Positions 30,441-39,257 of a stretch of 64,000 bases of DNA are shown here, one piece after another. The position numbers were made by a program, and so were the translations under genes. This DNA comes from Andalucia godoyi And28 (taxonomy: Eukaryota; Protista; Jakobida), in NCBI GenBank assembly GCA_009859145.1, contig VRVR01000004.1, positions 446,106-510,105 of the forward strand, given 5' to 3'. How positions within the stretch are numbered: position 1 is the stretch's first letter; every line of letters starts with the position of its first letter. The notes beneath the pieces are model-generated. The model made no database searches and was not told the DNA's origin. It was given only the letters and a program-made list of their open reading frames with translations.

Positions 30441-32798
30441 TCAAGCCTCTGCTTGCAAAAAGCAGGTCGTCCAGCATTTCATGATGCTTCGCAAGCACAC
30501 CGGAGCTGTCCCAGAACGATTGGTGCCCTGTGGTTCGTCGATCACAAACTTCACCATCGCATTCGCATCTTGCAACTCCGCAATCGACGATGGTGAAATG
30601 CGGCATCCGCACAGTCGGATCCACGTCAGCCCCGTACATGCCTGAACAAACTCGGATAAGCCGTCCGCAGTGATGGAAACACAGTTTGTCAAATCCAGCA
30701 ACCGAAGTTTGGAAACTGGATTTCGAAGAATCAGAGATAGCAATGTGGCATCCGATATGGAGTCACCAAGAGCGTTGGTTCGGGCCATATGAAGCGATTC
30801 AAGCGCAAGACACTTGGAAGCAAGGGCGGCCAGCGACGATGTTCCTAGACGTCCACAGTAGTTCAGGTTGAGATGGCGCAAGTTCGGGCAATGTTGCGCG
30901 ATGCACTCTACAGCGTACTGCGTAACCCTGATGCACCTCTCCAGACACAATGCTTCGAGGAGTGGAGCTTGAACCGCAAGATGGCAAACGAGAAAATCGT
31001 TCACTTGGCCGCAGCCCGTCAAGTCAACGTGCTGTAAACGGTGCACATTCAAGTATGACACCGTATTCTCCACAAACTGCTGCGGGTCCAGCTGATGCAT
31101 ATTGACAAGCACCAAGGACACTAAGCTGGGGCCGCACAGGGCGACGATGTGGCACAGGACATCTGAAGGAATGTAAGAGCATTCTGACAAATCGAGGTCA
31201 GAGACGAATCGTAAGGGAGGGCACAACAGCAACTCCAGAAGAGAGCGACCCGTGAGAAGGAGTGAACCGCGAAGAGACAGGCGGCTGATGGTCACACTCG
31301 AAGCGTCGACGATGAAAGCCAGCTCCGAGATATCCTCGTCCCGCAGACGTGTTACTACATCAGGATTCGCAAGAATCGCCAAAAGATTTTGTCGCACGTA
31401 TGAAACGGAGCAAGGCAAAAAGAAGATGGGCTTCCAAATGAGCAACAAACTCTCCTTTCGACTTCCAGCCGCCACAAATCGGTGGAGATCTTCCACATTT
31501 GGAGTGAACCGTGCTCTCGAAGCAGTGGCTGCGGAAGCAGCAGACATCCCTAGGTCACAAGACAGCGATTGGAAACTTCGGAACGTTGAAAGGGGACCGT
31601 CTGCGACAAAGCGGACAACATTCGACACTGCTAGATTTTCGCAATTGGAAATGTCCAGCCAGCTGAGATGGTGCGCATGTCCCAGAAATGATCCCGTAAG
31701 ATTCGAGCATCGTGAGCACTCCAATCGAGAGAGATAGTGGCAAGACTGAAGGATGAGCGATAGAGCATCGTCCGACAAGCGCGTGCATCCCGAAATATCC
31801 AGGCATCGCAACGCACACGAGAAACTCGAGTTCTCGACCAGCAACGAAATGAGTGTCGTATCGAGAATGCGCGTTTGATGTCGGAGCGACAAGCGCTGCA
31901 GCGAGACTGCAAAAACTGTTGAAGACTCGGCACCAAAGTATCGCAAAAAGGACGCGTCGGACAGCATCATGTGGTCGAGAGACAAGGATGTCAAGACGAC
32001 TTCTTCGTCCTCGGCGGCCAGGCCAAAGCATTCGGAGTCGGAGTCTGCAAAGTCGTCACGTTGCAGTGCCACCAGCGGAGTGGAGGCAGTGGAAGACATG
32101 GAAGACCTGGTGTCCGATCTGCGGATGAGAAACCCGGATTGTTCTCGATAGTGGGGAGCTACAGCAAGCCGCTGCTTTTCGATTTCGTTGGCAATTCGAA
32201 TGGACCTTGGATAGGAATCGACGTACCTGCGAATGAACGCAAGCGACCTTTCCCTAAGCATCTTGCATTTTTCAACATGCATGGATTCCAAGAAGATTCC
32301 GTGACGCGAGAACGCTTCCAAGATGGAGGACAGGATCGCGTCATCCACAAACGTGCAGCTTCGCAGCGTAAAGTGTCGCAACTGGACACAGCTTGCAATC
32401 CCTGGATATGCCTCCACAACAATGGATCCTTCGATGGACAGACTACGTAATGTAGCACACAAGGGAAGCTGTGCGGGACCAAGGGGTGTTGTAAGCAGAT
32501 AGACGAGGGCGGATTTTGGAAAAAATGTCTGGTTGGAAATGGAGAGCTGGGTAATGGGAACTCCAGAGTCTCTTCTCCAGTCCCCGATGATGGACGTCAG
32601 CTGTTTGACATGGCCTGAATAGCGGCCGCGAGGGTCCAGCAGTGCGAATCCTGGGCATCGGGATGCATAGTATCGGCACAAATGATGCACCTTGGCACAC
32701 GTGCACATGCAGGACATGAGCGACCGAAAATCCACAAAGTCCAGGACTCGAAATAGGACCTGGTCCACAAAGAGCCAGTCTCTCGTCCTTTGCGCCAT
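30441..32798 (-). CDS. F-box/LRR-repeat protein (FBXL/AMN1-like)
   Basis: F-box-like DQVLFRVLDFVDFRSLMSC; many cysteine-type LRRs (LDISGCTRLSD, LNLNYCGRLG, LDLTNCVSIT); ATG 32798. Confidence 0.9.
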   Translation of the reverse strand: MAQRTRDWLFVDQVLFRVLDFVDFRSLMSCMCTCAKVHHLCRYYASRCPGFALLDPRGRYSGHVKQLTSIIGDWRRDSGVPITQLSISNQTFFPKSALVYLLTTPLGPAQLPLCATLRSLSIEGSIVVEAYPGIASCVQLRHFTLRSCTFVDDAILSSILEAFSRHGIFLESMHVEKCKMLRERSLAFIRRYVDSYPRSIRIANEIEKQRLAVAPHYREQSGFLIRRSDTRSSMSSTASTPLVALQRDDFADSDSECFGLAAEDEEVVLTSLSLDHMMLSDASFLRYFGAESSTVFAVSLQRLSLRHQTRILDTTLISLLVENSSFSCALRCLDISGCTRLSDDALSLILQSCHYLSRLECSRCSNLTGSFLGHAHHLSWLDISNCENLAVSNVVRFVADGPLSTFRSFQSLSCDLGMSAASAATASRARFTPNVEDLHRFVAAGSRKESLLLIWKPIFFLPCSVSYVRQNLLAILANPDVVTRLRDEDISELAFIVDASSVTISRLSLRGSLLLTGRSLLELLLCPPLRFVSDLDLSECSYIPSDVLCHIVALCGPSLVSLVLVNMHQLDPQQFVENTVSYLNVHRLQHVDLTGCGQVNDFLVCHLAVQAPLLEALCLERCIRVTQYAVECIAQHCPNLRHLNLNYCGRLGTSSLAALASKCLALESLHMARTNALGDSISDATLLSLILRNPVSKLRLLDLTNCVSITADGLSEFVQACTGLTWIRLCGCRISPSSIAELQDANAMVKFVIDEPQGTNRSGTAPVCLRSIMKCWTTCFLQAEA

Positions 32799-33289
32799 CC
32801 TCGCCTCCGAATAGTCTTCCCCAATGTAGACAACAGACACGCGGATGCACGGTGTTGCGTTTTTTCCTTTTTCTTTTTTCCTTTTTCTTTTTTCTTTCTC
32901 TTCCACTTTTTGTTATATTTTCGTCAGTCGCATACATTAAAACATTCAACAGATTCCGAGCCTTGTCAAGCTGCGGAATTCAGAAAGCGGGGAGTTCAGG
33001 GGAAATCGGGAAATTTCAAGCGGGGGGAGCGTCGGGGAATTTCGGGGTTGTAGCGGGAACACGAGTACGTTTTGCTAATTTAATTTGCAGCAGGGCGTTG
33101 TTGCTGGTTCTTTCAGTACAACAAACTCGCAGGTGCACTCCATCCAACATGGCTTTCAAACTGCATGGGGCAGGAAAGATGAGCTTTACAGATGTTCAAA
33201 TTTAAGATAACAGAGAGAAATGTTGCCGGGGAGAGAGGTGGGATGGGTGGATTGGGCTGGGCTGGGTTGGGTTGGAACGCAACGGGCTT

Positions 33290-34393
33290 TCAATCAAACC
33301 AGCCGTGAAACTCGCCCACGATCCTGCACCAGCACAGGTCAGCTTGCACAAACAAACGTGTTCGGGGAGGAATGATTGCAAACCAAAGATTGCCCCAGAT
33401 CTGGAACTCCGTTAGCCTCACAAGCTCCCAGAGCGCCATTTCGGAAAACTGCATTTCCGAAACTCCCAGTTTGTGCGCAACGGTCTTCTCCAGAAACCAT
33501 GCTACTCGGCCAGTGTCGGCGCTCCAGTGCGATGCTCCCCTGGCGGGCAGATCAGGAGACTGGGTGCGTGCTGGTGCGTGTGCTAGTGTGGCACCAGGAA
33601 GTGTCAAATCGAGTACTAATGTAAAAGCAGGAGTCCCTGCAACGCCTGTTCGAGATGGAGGTGGAACTTGCGCAAGTGGATTGCCGTCCGCAAGAACTCG
33701 GCAATGCTTCATGGGGGGTTCCGTCAACAATCCGCATGTCTGCACAACACTTGATTGGACATCCGGTTCTCGCCAGCTCTGTCCGTAGTTCAGCAGCATG
33801 ATGGCCTCCGGAACCTGTGGAACCCACGCAGCTCGTCCAAGGAACACCCGTTGCTTGAGAGGCATCACCCACCAATCATCAAAGGAGTACACCCCTCGAT
33901 ACATGGCAGCTACCTCGGGCCTAATAAGCGTCTTCACTCGTTTGCAGAATGCCAAGTGCTCCACGGCGCAGACGTCAATCCCAACTGGCATGAACTGGCC
34001 TGGAAGGATCTCCGCCGTGCATTCACGGCTTGCGTGATACATTCTGCAGCAGTACGGGTCTTTCCATACTGCGACATCGAGACGCAGGACGCCGACCGTG
34101 CCTTGGCGTTCCGAAAAGTAATTGATGAGTTTCACATAGTCGACTTTCAGGATGGTCACGTCCGCATCGGTGTCCCACGGAATGATGCACCGATTTCGAA
34201 GGCATCCCAACAGAGTACCGAAATCCAGGTATGGCTTTACCTCGATTTGCTCGCACAAATGCAAGAATTCGTCCATGAGCTCCATCAAGAAGGCCACTCT
34301 CTGCCTTGCGTCGTCCGTTTCCGTGCCAACAATTCGACATGAAATCTCGGAACAGTCCACCGACGGAGCATTCAACGATTCCACGTCTGACAT
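33290..34393 (-). CDS. LicD/fukutin-family nucleotidyltransferase-fold phosphotransferase
   Basis: YLDFGTLLGCLRNRCIIPWDTDADV and WVMPLKQRVF...VP...NYGQSWREP; ATG 34393; no N-terminal TM segment. Confidence 0.9.
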   Translation of the reverse strand: MSDVESLNAPSVDCSEISCRIVGTETDDARQRVAFLMELMDEFLHLCEQIEVKPYLDFGTLLGCLRNRCIIPWDTDADVTILKVDYVKLINYFSERQGTVGVLRLDVAVWKDPYCCRMYHASRECTAEILPGQFMPVGIDVCAVEHLAFCKRVKTLIRPEVAAMYRGVYSFDDWWVMPLKQRVFLGRAAWVPQVPEAIMLLNYGQSWREPDVQSSVVQTCGLLTEPPMKHCRVLADGNPLAQVPPPSRTGVAGTPAFTLVLDLTLPGATLAHAPARTQSPDLPARGASHWSADTGRVAWFLEKTVAHKLGVSEMQFSEMALWELVRLTEFQIWGNLWFAIIPPRTRLFVQADLCWCRIVGEFHGWFD

Positions 34394-34865
34394 GTCTTTT
34401 TCTGTTCTCGCAGACGAAGCACTGTGGATGAGCATCCTATTCTATACAAACAGGTGTGTCGAAACAGCTGTCGATGGAGATGTGGTACCGCACTCGTGTG
34501 TTGCGCAAGCTGCATTTCTGCACAATCCCGCATCATCATCATCATCCGCAGTAGCACCACCATCAGCACCGTCATCATGATCAATATTTTCCCACCGCCA
34601 TTTTTTTCCCTTCTTCTTTCTATTTTCGGAATACAGCAGATCCCGGACCACATTTGCTTGCTGTGTGCGTCATTCCAGCTCAGGAAGGAAGCAACGAGAG
34701 ATGAGAAACAAAAGCAAATCAAAAACCAGTGTCAATGGTGGGTGTTACAATGCGTGATTCTCCAAAGATTCAAAAATGTAATTTAACAAAATGCATTTGA
34801 AAATAATAATATAGGAAATGAACGACATGAATGATATGATTGATATAGATGCTACACGAATGCCT

Positions 34866-34980
34866 CCATTGTACACTGAGTATGCAGGGCCATCGCTAGT
34901 CATGCGTACCCAAATGCTGCAATCGGGGCCATGTTGCCATGAACGGGAAGGAGATAGGGCCCAACACGCCTTTGCCGGCG
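34866..34980 (-). ncRNA. Putative omegaRNA (reRNA) scaffold at the 3' end of the TnpB/Fanzor remnant
   Basis: Position overlapping and following the TnpB C-terminus. Stems found by hand: CGCC/GGCG, CAUG-GCAA-CAUG, and a long stem 34923..34868 with UGGGUACGCA/UGCAUACUCA core. Identity as an omegaRNA is inference. Confidence 0.5.
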
Positions 34981-35256
34981 TTGATGCGCGCACCCGTTTC
35001 CAATCGCTGTCAATCCGGCCTGCACACTGTGGACATGCAAACGCCTTGTTTCCTCCGAGCTTCGCGTGGATTGCCCCCGCACTGGCCACATGTCTTTGAT
35101 GTGTACTCTTCCGTCACTCTGTGGACTTCGCGCCCCGCAAACTCCTCACACAGCCATTTCGCAGGCTTGCGATGCATGTTCGTCGTCAGGTTGCGGCGGA
35201 AATGTCATACGTCTTGCGTAGCGTGGCAGGGGGTCGCGTGTATTGACAGCGCGTGG
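34866..35256 (-). mobile_element. Decayed, truncated IS607-type TnpB / Fanzor2 element (pseudogene remnant)
   Basis: Frame-corrected translation RRNLTTNMHRKPAKWLCEEF..REVHRVTEEYTSKTCGQCG/AIHAKLGGNKAFACPQCAGRIDSDW/NGAR matches the TnpB zinc ribbon and RuvC-III. Three +1 lesions; 5' part missing. Ends are approximate. Confidence 0.85.
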
Positions 35257-35417
35257 AAAAAGAAGAAGAAGAAGAAGAAAAGCTAAGGAGGTTGCTGCTT
35301 TAAATAGTGTCTCAGAAATTAGCGTCTGATCAATTTGGGGCATTTCACCTAAACAGCCCCGAACCTTGCGTTGTTAAGCGAGCAAGTCCCGATTCTCATT
35401 GCGTTTGCTGGTTGATT

Positions 35418-36539
35418 TTACGTACGTTCTTGCATGTCGCTTGTTGTCGTCTTCGTGAGAAACGGTTCATAACGCCACAAGCTAATCATGGCGTCATCGC
35501 TGCATGAAGCAAGCAGCGAAGCGTTCTTTGGATTCCAAGCAACGCAGTTGACGTCCGAGTTGTGCGCCCGAGCTTGCCGATGATCCAGATACCACCCTTC
35601 GCCGCTGTCGTTGCCTTGTGACTGCGGCCCATCCGGGCGCTTGAACACACATATGGAGTCGTCGCCGCCACCAGAAGCGAGTTTATCGCCATCTCGACTC
35701 CAGGACACAGAATACACGGGCCGATCATGAAACCCCGAAAGAGTGCATACGCATCGAAATTGTGCCTTTCCAAATCCAAGTTTTGAGCTGCTTCTTTCCC
35801 AAATCTTAACCGTGCAGTCGTCTGAACACGTCGCCAAAGTGGGTGTGTACTGTACAGCCGCAGCATCTGCATCTGCATCTGCATCATCCTCGTGAGCAGC
35901 GGGCTTGAATGCGACGTCCCAGACGGTCGATGCATGCGCCTGGATCACCTGGTCCACTGCAAAATCGTGTCCACCCTCCTCCACCCACACACGAACCGTA
36001 TCGTCGTACGAGGCAGAGACGAGGACCAAGTCCACGGGCGACCAAGCAACGTGCTTCACGTCTTGGGAATGGCCGAACAGCATGCTTGCACATTCAAAAT
36101 CGTCGGCGTCATCTCTCTCCCACACCGATACACTCTTGTCTCTGGAACACGCCGCCAAGTAACTTCCGTCCATGGACCACGCAACCGATTTGACTTCGTG
36201 CTCGTGGCCCTCCAGGGTCGTGGCATGCTCCATCTCAAACTCGTGTCCATCTTCGTTATGAAACACCCTCCTCCAGATGCCAACCGTCGAGTCGAAGGAT
36301 GCACACGCAAGAAGTCGGCCATCCGGAGACCATGCGACAGACCGGATTGTCCGCGAATGAGAATCGTCCAAAACCGCAATGCAGGCCCATTGAGAACCGG
36401 CAGAACTTGTCGAACGAGCCCAAAGACGAATAGACTTGTCGCCCGAGCAAGATGCAAGAACAGACCCGGACGGATGCCATGCGACACACCACACACTCTC
36501 CCCATGACCTCGCAAATCACATATTTTGACCAACGACAT
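35418..36539 (-). CDS. CIAO1: Cytosolic Fe-S assembly WD40 protein Cia1
   Basis: GHGESVWCVAWHPSG, HSRTIRSVAWSPDG, LEGHEHEVKSVAWS, GHSQDVKHVAW, AHNSDVNCVAWNP. Confidence 0.95.
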   Translation of the reverse strand: MSLVKICDLRGHGESVWCVAWHPSGSVLASCSGDKSIRLWARSTSSAGSQWACIAVLDDSHSRTIRSVAWSPDGRLLACASFDSTVGIWRRVFHNEDGHEFEMEHATTLEGHEHEVKSVAWSMDGSYLAACSRDKSVSVWERDDADDFECASMLFGHSQDVKHVAWSPVDLVLVSASYDDTVRVWVEEGGHDFAVDQVIQAHASTVWDVAFKPAAHEDDADADADAAAVQYTPTLATCSDDCTVKIWERSSSKLGFGKAQFRCVCTLSGFHDRPVYSVSWSRDGDKLASGGGDDSICVFKRPDGPQSQGNDSGEGWYLDHRQARAHNSDVNCVAWNPKNASLLASCSDDAMISLWRYEPFLTKTTTSDMQERT

Positions 36540-37127
36540 TTCTTCTTTTCTTCGATCTTTTCCCTCCTGCTTTTTTTATTCTACCTTTTCCTTATCACCA
36601 CCCTGATTTCCCTCCTTTGAGGCCAAAGAGAAATAGAAGAAATGAAATGAAAAGGAGAAAAAAGAAAACCACGCCCAAATCGTGTCGGTGCGCTCGCAGA
36701 TCGTCGGTACTCGGAAGCTCCATGATGGCTCCTAAGCTACTCTTATTGCGTTTTATTTCGTTTTCATCGCCTTGATAAAAGCAGAACATGCTTTGTTCGC
36801 AAAGGTTTTGCGGGAGAAGATCACCATTTGGTTAGATCTAAATAAAACAAAATAAGAGCAAGTAAAACAAAAAGAAATCAAACACACCATGAGAAACAAA
36901 AAGCTCAAAAGTCCGGAGAACTGCAATGCCGCCCAAACCAACCAAAGCAGTGCATCTGCGATCAAAAAGCAAATGGCACACTCCGATGGATGCTGGAGCA
37001 CGTTGCACAGTGGTTCGTGTGCCACTTGTCGGTTGCCCCGAGATTCGTCCGTTTCGGAGTGCACAAGCAGTGTCGGTGCAGAAAATAAAAAGGAAGAGGC
37101 AGAAGAAGAAGAAAGGATCAGCCGATC

Positions 37128-37700
37128 ATGAGCCATCGTCATCCAGTGTTTCAGTCGGAAGAGTCCGAGAGCTTCCTGCAGACGCTGCTGGCGGTGATGA
37201 AGAGAGAGCATATCCAGGTAGAAGGGCTGGTATGCGATCATCTGTGCTACCGTGTGTCTTCTGAATCCGAGTATCAGCAACTGAAGACGGAGCTTGAGAA
37301 TGGAAAAGATGTTTACAGCGCCGAGCTCCTCGCCGAAACGCTGATCAACGGACGGCCGATTGCAACATATGCATTTCGAAACGCGCCGTTGGCAGCCGTG
37401 GATTTCGATGGACATACGTATGCACCGTGGTTGCTGGAGCTTCCTTGTCCAAAGCCGGGGTCCACGTATGTTTCGGGATTTGAACATGCTGAATTTGTGC
37501 TCGCTCCAAAGTACACATCCATTCAGCAGTTCCTGGAGGCACATCCTGCGGCGATCCAGTGGGACCTTGCTGCAATGAAAAAGACGATTAACGCGGACGC
37601 CAGATTTGTCGTCAACAAAAACATGTCTGCCAAGTTTCATATGCAGCCTCTGGACAAGGTGATCGAGTTTGAGCTCGCGCATCCTGAATGTGTCCAGTAG
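37128..37700 (+). CDS. yecM: YecM-family VOC (glyoxalase-like) metalloprotein
   Basis: CDHLCYRV, LINGRPI, LELPCPKPG..Y.SGFEHAEFV, KFHMQPL..VI.FE. Confidence 0.9.
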   Translation: MSHRHPVFQSEESESFLQTLLAVMKREHIQVEGLVCDHLCYRVSSESEYQQLKTELENGKDVYSAELLAETLINGRPIATYAFRNAPLAAVDFDGHTYAPWLLELPCPKPGSTYVSGFEHAEFVLAPKYTSIQQFLEAHPAAIQWDLAAMKKTINADARFVVNKNMSAKFHMQPLDKVIEFELAHPECVQ

Positions 37701-38605
37701 GTCTTTCCGTCTTTTCTCTTCTCTTCTTTCTTTTTTCTCTTCTTCTTCTTTTTCTTTCTGTTGCATTTTTTGCGCTTCTCGTTCCCTGGGATGCTGGCGG
37801 TGATTGACGGTTCGAACTCGTTTCCCCCTTTCAGTTCTACACGACACCACCGTTGTTGCTACTCATGAATTAAACGGTACACGAACGCTCCTTACAATTG
37901 TGGTTTTTTTCTTTCTTTTTTCTTTTTGTGTTGTGATTGGATACTGCAGATCGCACGGTCAATAGTGATGAGCTCCTCTGAATTCATGGTTTCCAAAACC
38001 ATCCGGAAATAATCCCTTCTCTGTGGATAAAAAAGAAGAGTGGTGCAATCGATGGATTCCACACGTGATTTTGATAAGCATGCGATCTCGCCATAAAGTG
38101 CAAATCACACACAACCCCGATCGTGGAAATGTCCAAGTTTCGCACGTCAGCAAAGCCCGGTGGGTTTACTTTGCTTGCCGGCTGGCTTCACGCTGGAGTA
38201 CATGTTGTGCAGACGTCGTTGCTGTGCACGCAGGACTCACCAATCCTAATAACTGCAGTTCAGAATACGAAGGATTCGTGATATCGATACATCCTCCAGG
38301 CGCTGGCAGCTGGCCGTTGTTCACTTCAGATAACACGGATTAATCACGACTGAGTGGGATACAAAGGAACTTTACGTCAAAAATGCATGCAGACTTGCAC
38401 GGGATTCCTTGTGGCTACAAAGAGGACGCTTTTTGGACACTAAGAAGGAATCCAAAGAAAGAAAGAAAGAAAGAGAAAAACGAAAAAAGAGAGAGGGGAC
38501 AAATAAATCGAGCTGCATGTTGCATTCTTCAGTCTTCATGAAGCTATGAATCCATCGATCAGGGATTCGTTCAAACCGATTGCCCTGTATTAATGCACCG
38601 TCTTC

Positions 38606-38833
38606 CTATTTCGTCTGTGCGCTCATCTTGTTCACGACCCACTGCGCGCTTTGCTCTGCTCGCTCCAGCAATTCGTTGATGCGTTCTGCATCCGTCTCGT
38701 CTCGGTGTGCAGAAAAGTGCTGGCGGACATGGTGCCGATAATAAGACTGCGCCGACATAGGAAACGTCTGGATCCTTCTTAGGCAAGTCTTGAACAATAA
38801 CAAAGTGCGGCGTCGCTGAGAAAGCGCATTCAT
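38606..38833 (-). CDS. LYRM9: LYR-motif protein, LYRM9-like
   Basis: LLLFKTCLRRIQTFP...YYRHHVRQHFSAHRDETDAERINELLERAEQSAQWVVNK follows the LYRM9 pattern. Confidence 0.75.
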   Translation of the reverse strand: MNALSQRRRTLLLFKTCLRRIQTFPMSAQSYYRHHVRQHFSAHRDETDAERINELLERAEQSAQWVVNKMSAQTK

Positions 38834-39257
38834 TTACGAATTATGACCGATCCGATTTTGACACAGCACAAACACCCAACCAATCCCACTCACTATCGCA
38901 GGCGTTGTTTGCATCAGAACGAACACCAAAGAAGGAAAATGTAAGGTTCAAAAACGGAACTGCTGCATTCGGAGAGCTGCTCGAATCCTCAGAGCCCTCG
39001 AATCCTTTTTTTTCGAATTCCCCGCTTCGAATATTTCCCAATTTCGGCTATTTTATCGGACTCCCCACCGGAAACAGTTTTGCTTGCCTTTTCCGACCTT
39101 TCGTAGCACTCGTCCTTTATAATTTTTTCTTCTTCTTCTACAATCTCAATCCTATTTCCTCTGTGATATCTATTTTTTTTTTTTTTTTTTGGCAAGGTTG
39201 CATTCATATTGTATTTCTATTTCCTGGTTGTTCTTACGAAAGCATAGCGAAGAACGC

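Noticed and set aside
35221-35255. CACGC repeated three times at exact 15-nt spacing at the left edge of the TnpB remnant, as possible IS607 left-end repeats
   Set aside because: Too short to separate from chance or codon periodicity without other copies; not claimed as the element end.
37806-37822. T-arm-like hairpin GACGG-TTCGAAC-TCGTT
   Set aside because: No acceptor stem, D arm or anticodon arm can be built; not a tRNA.
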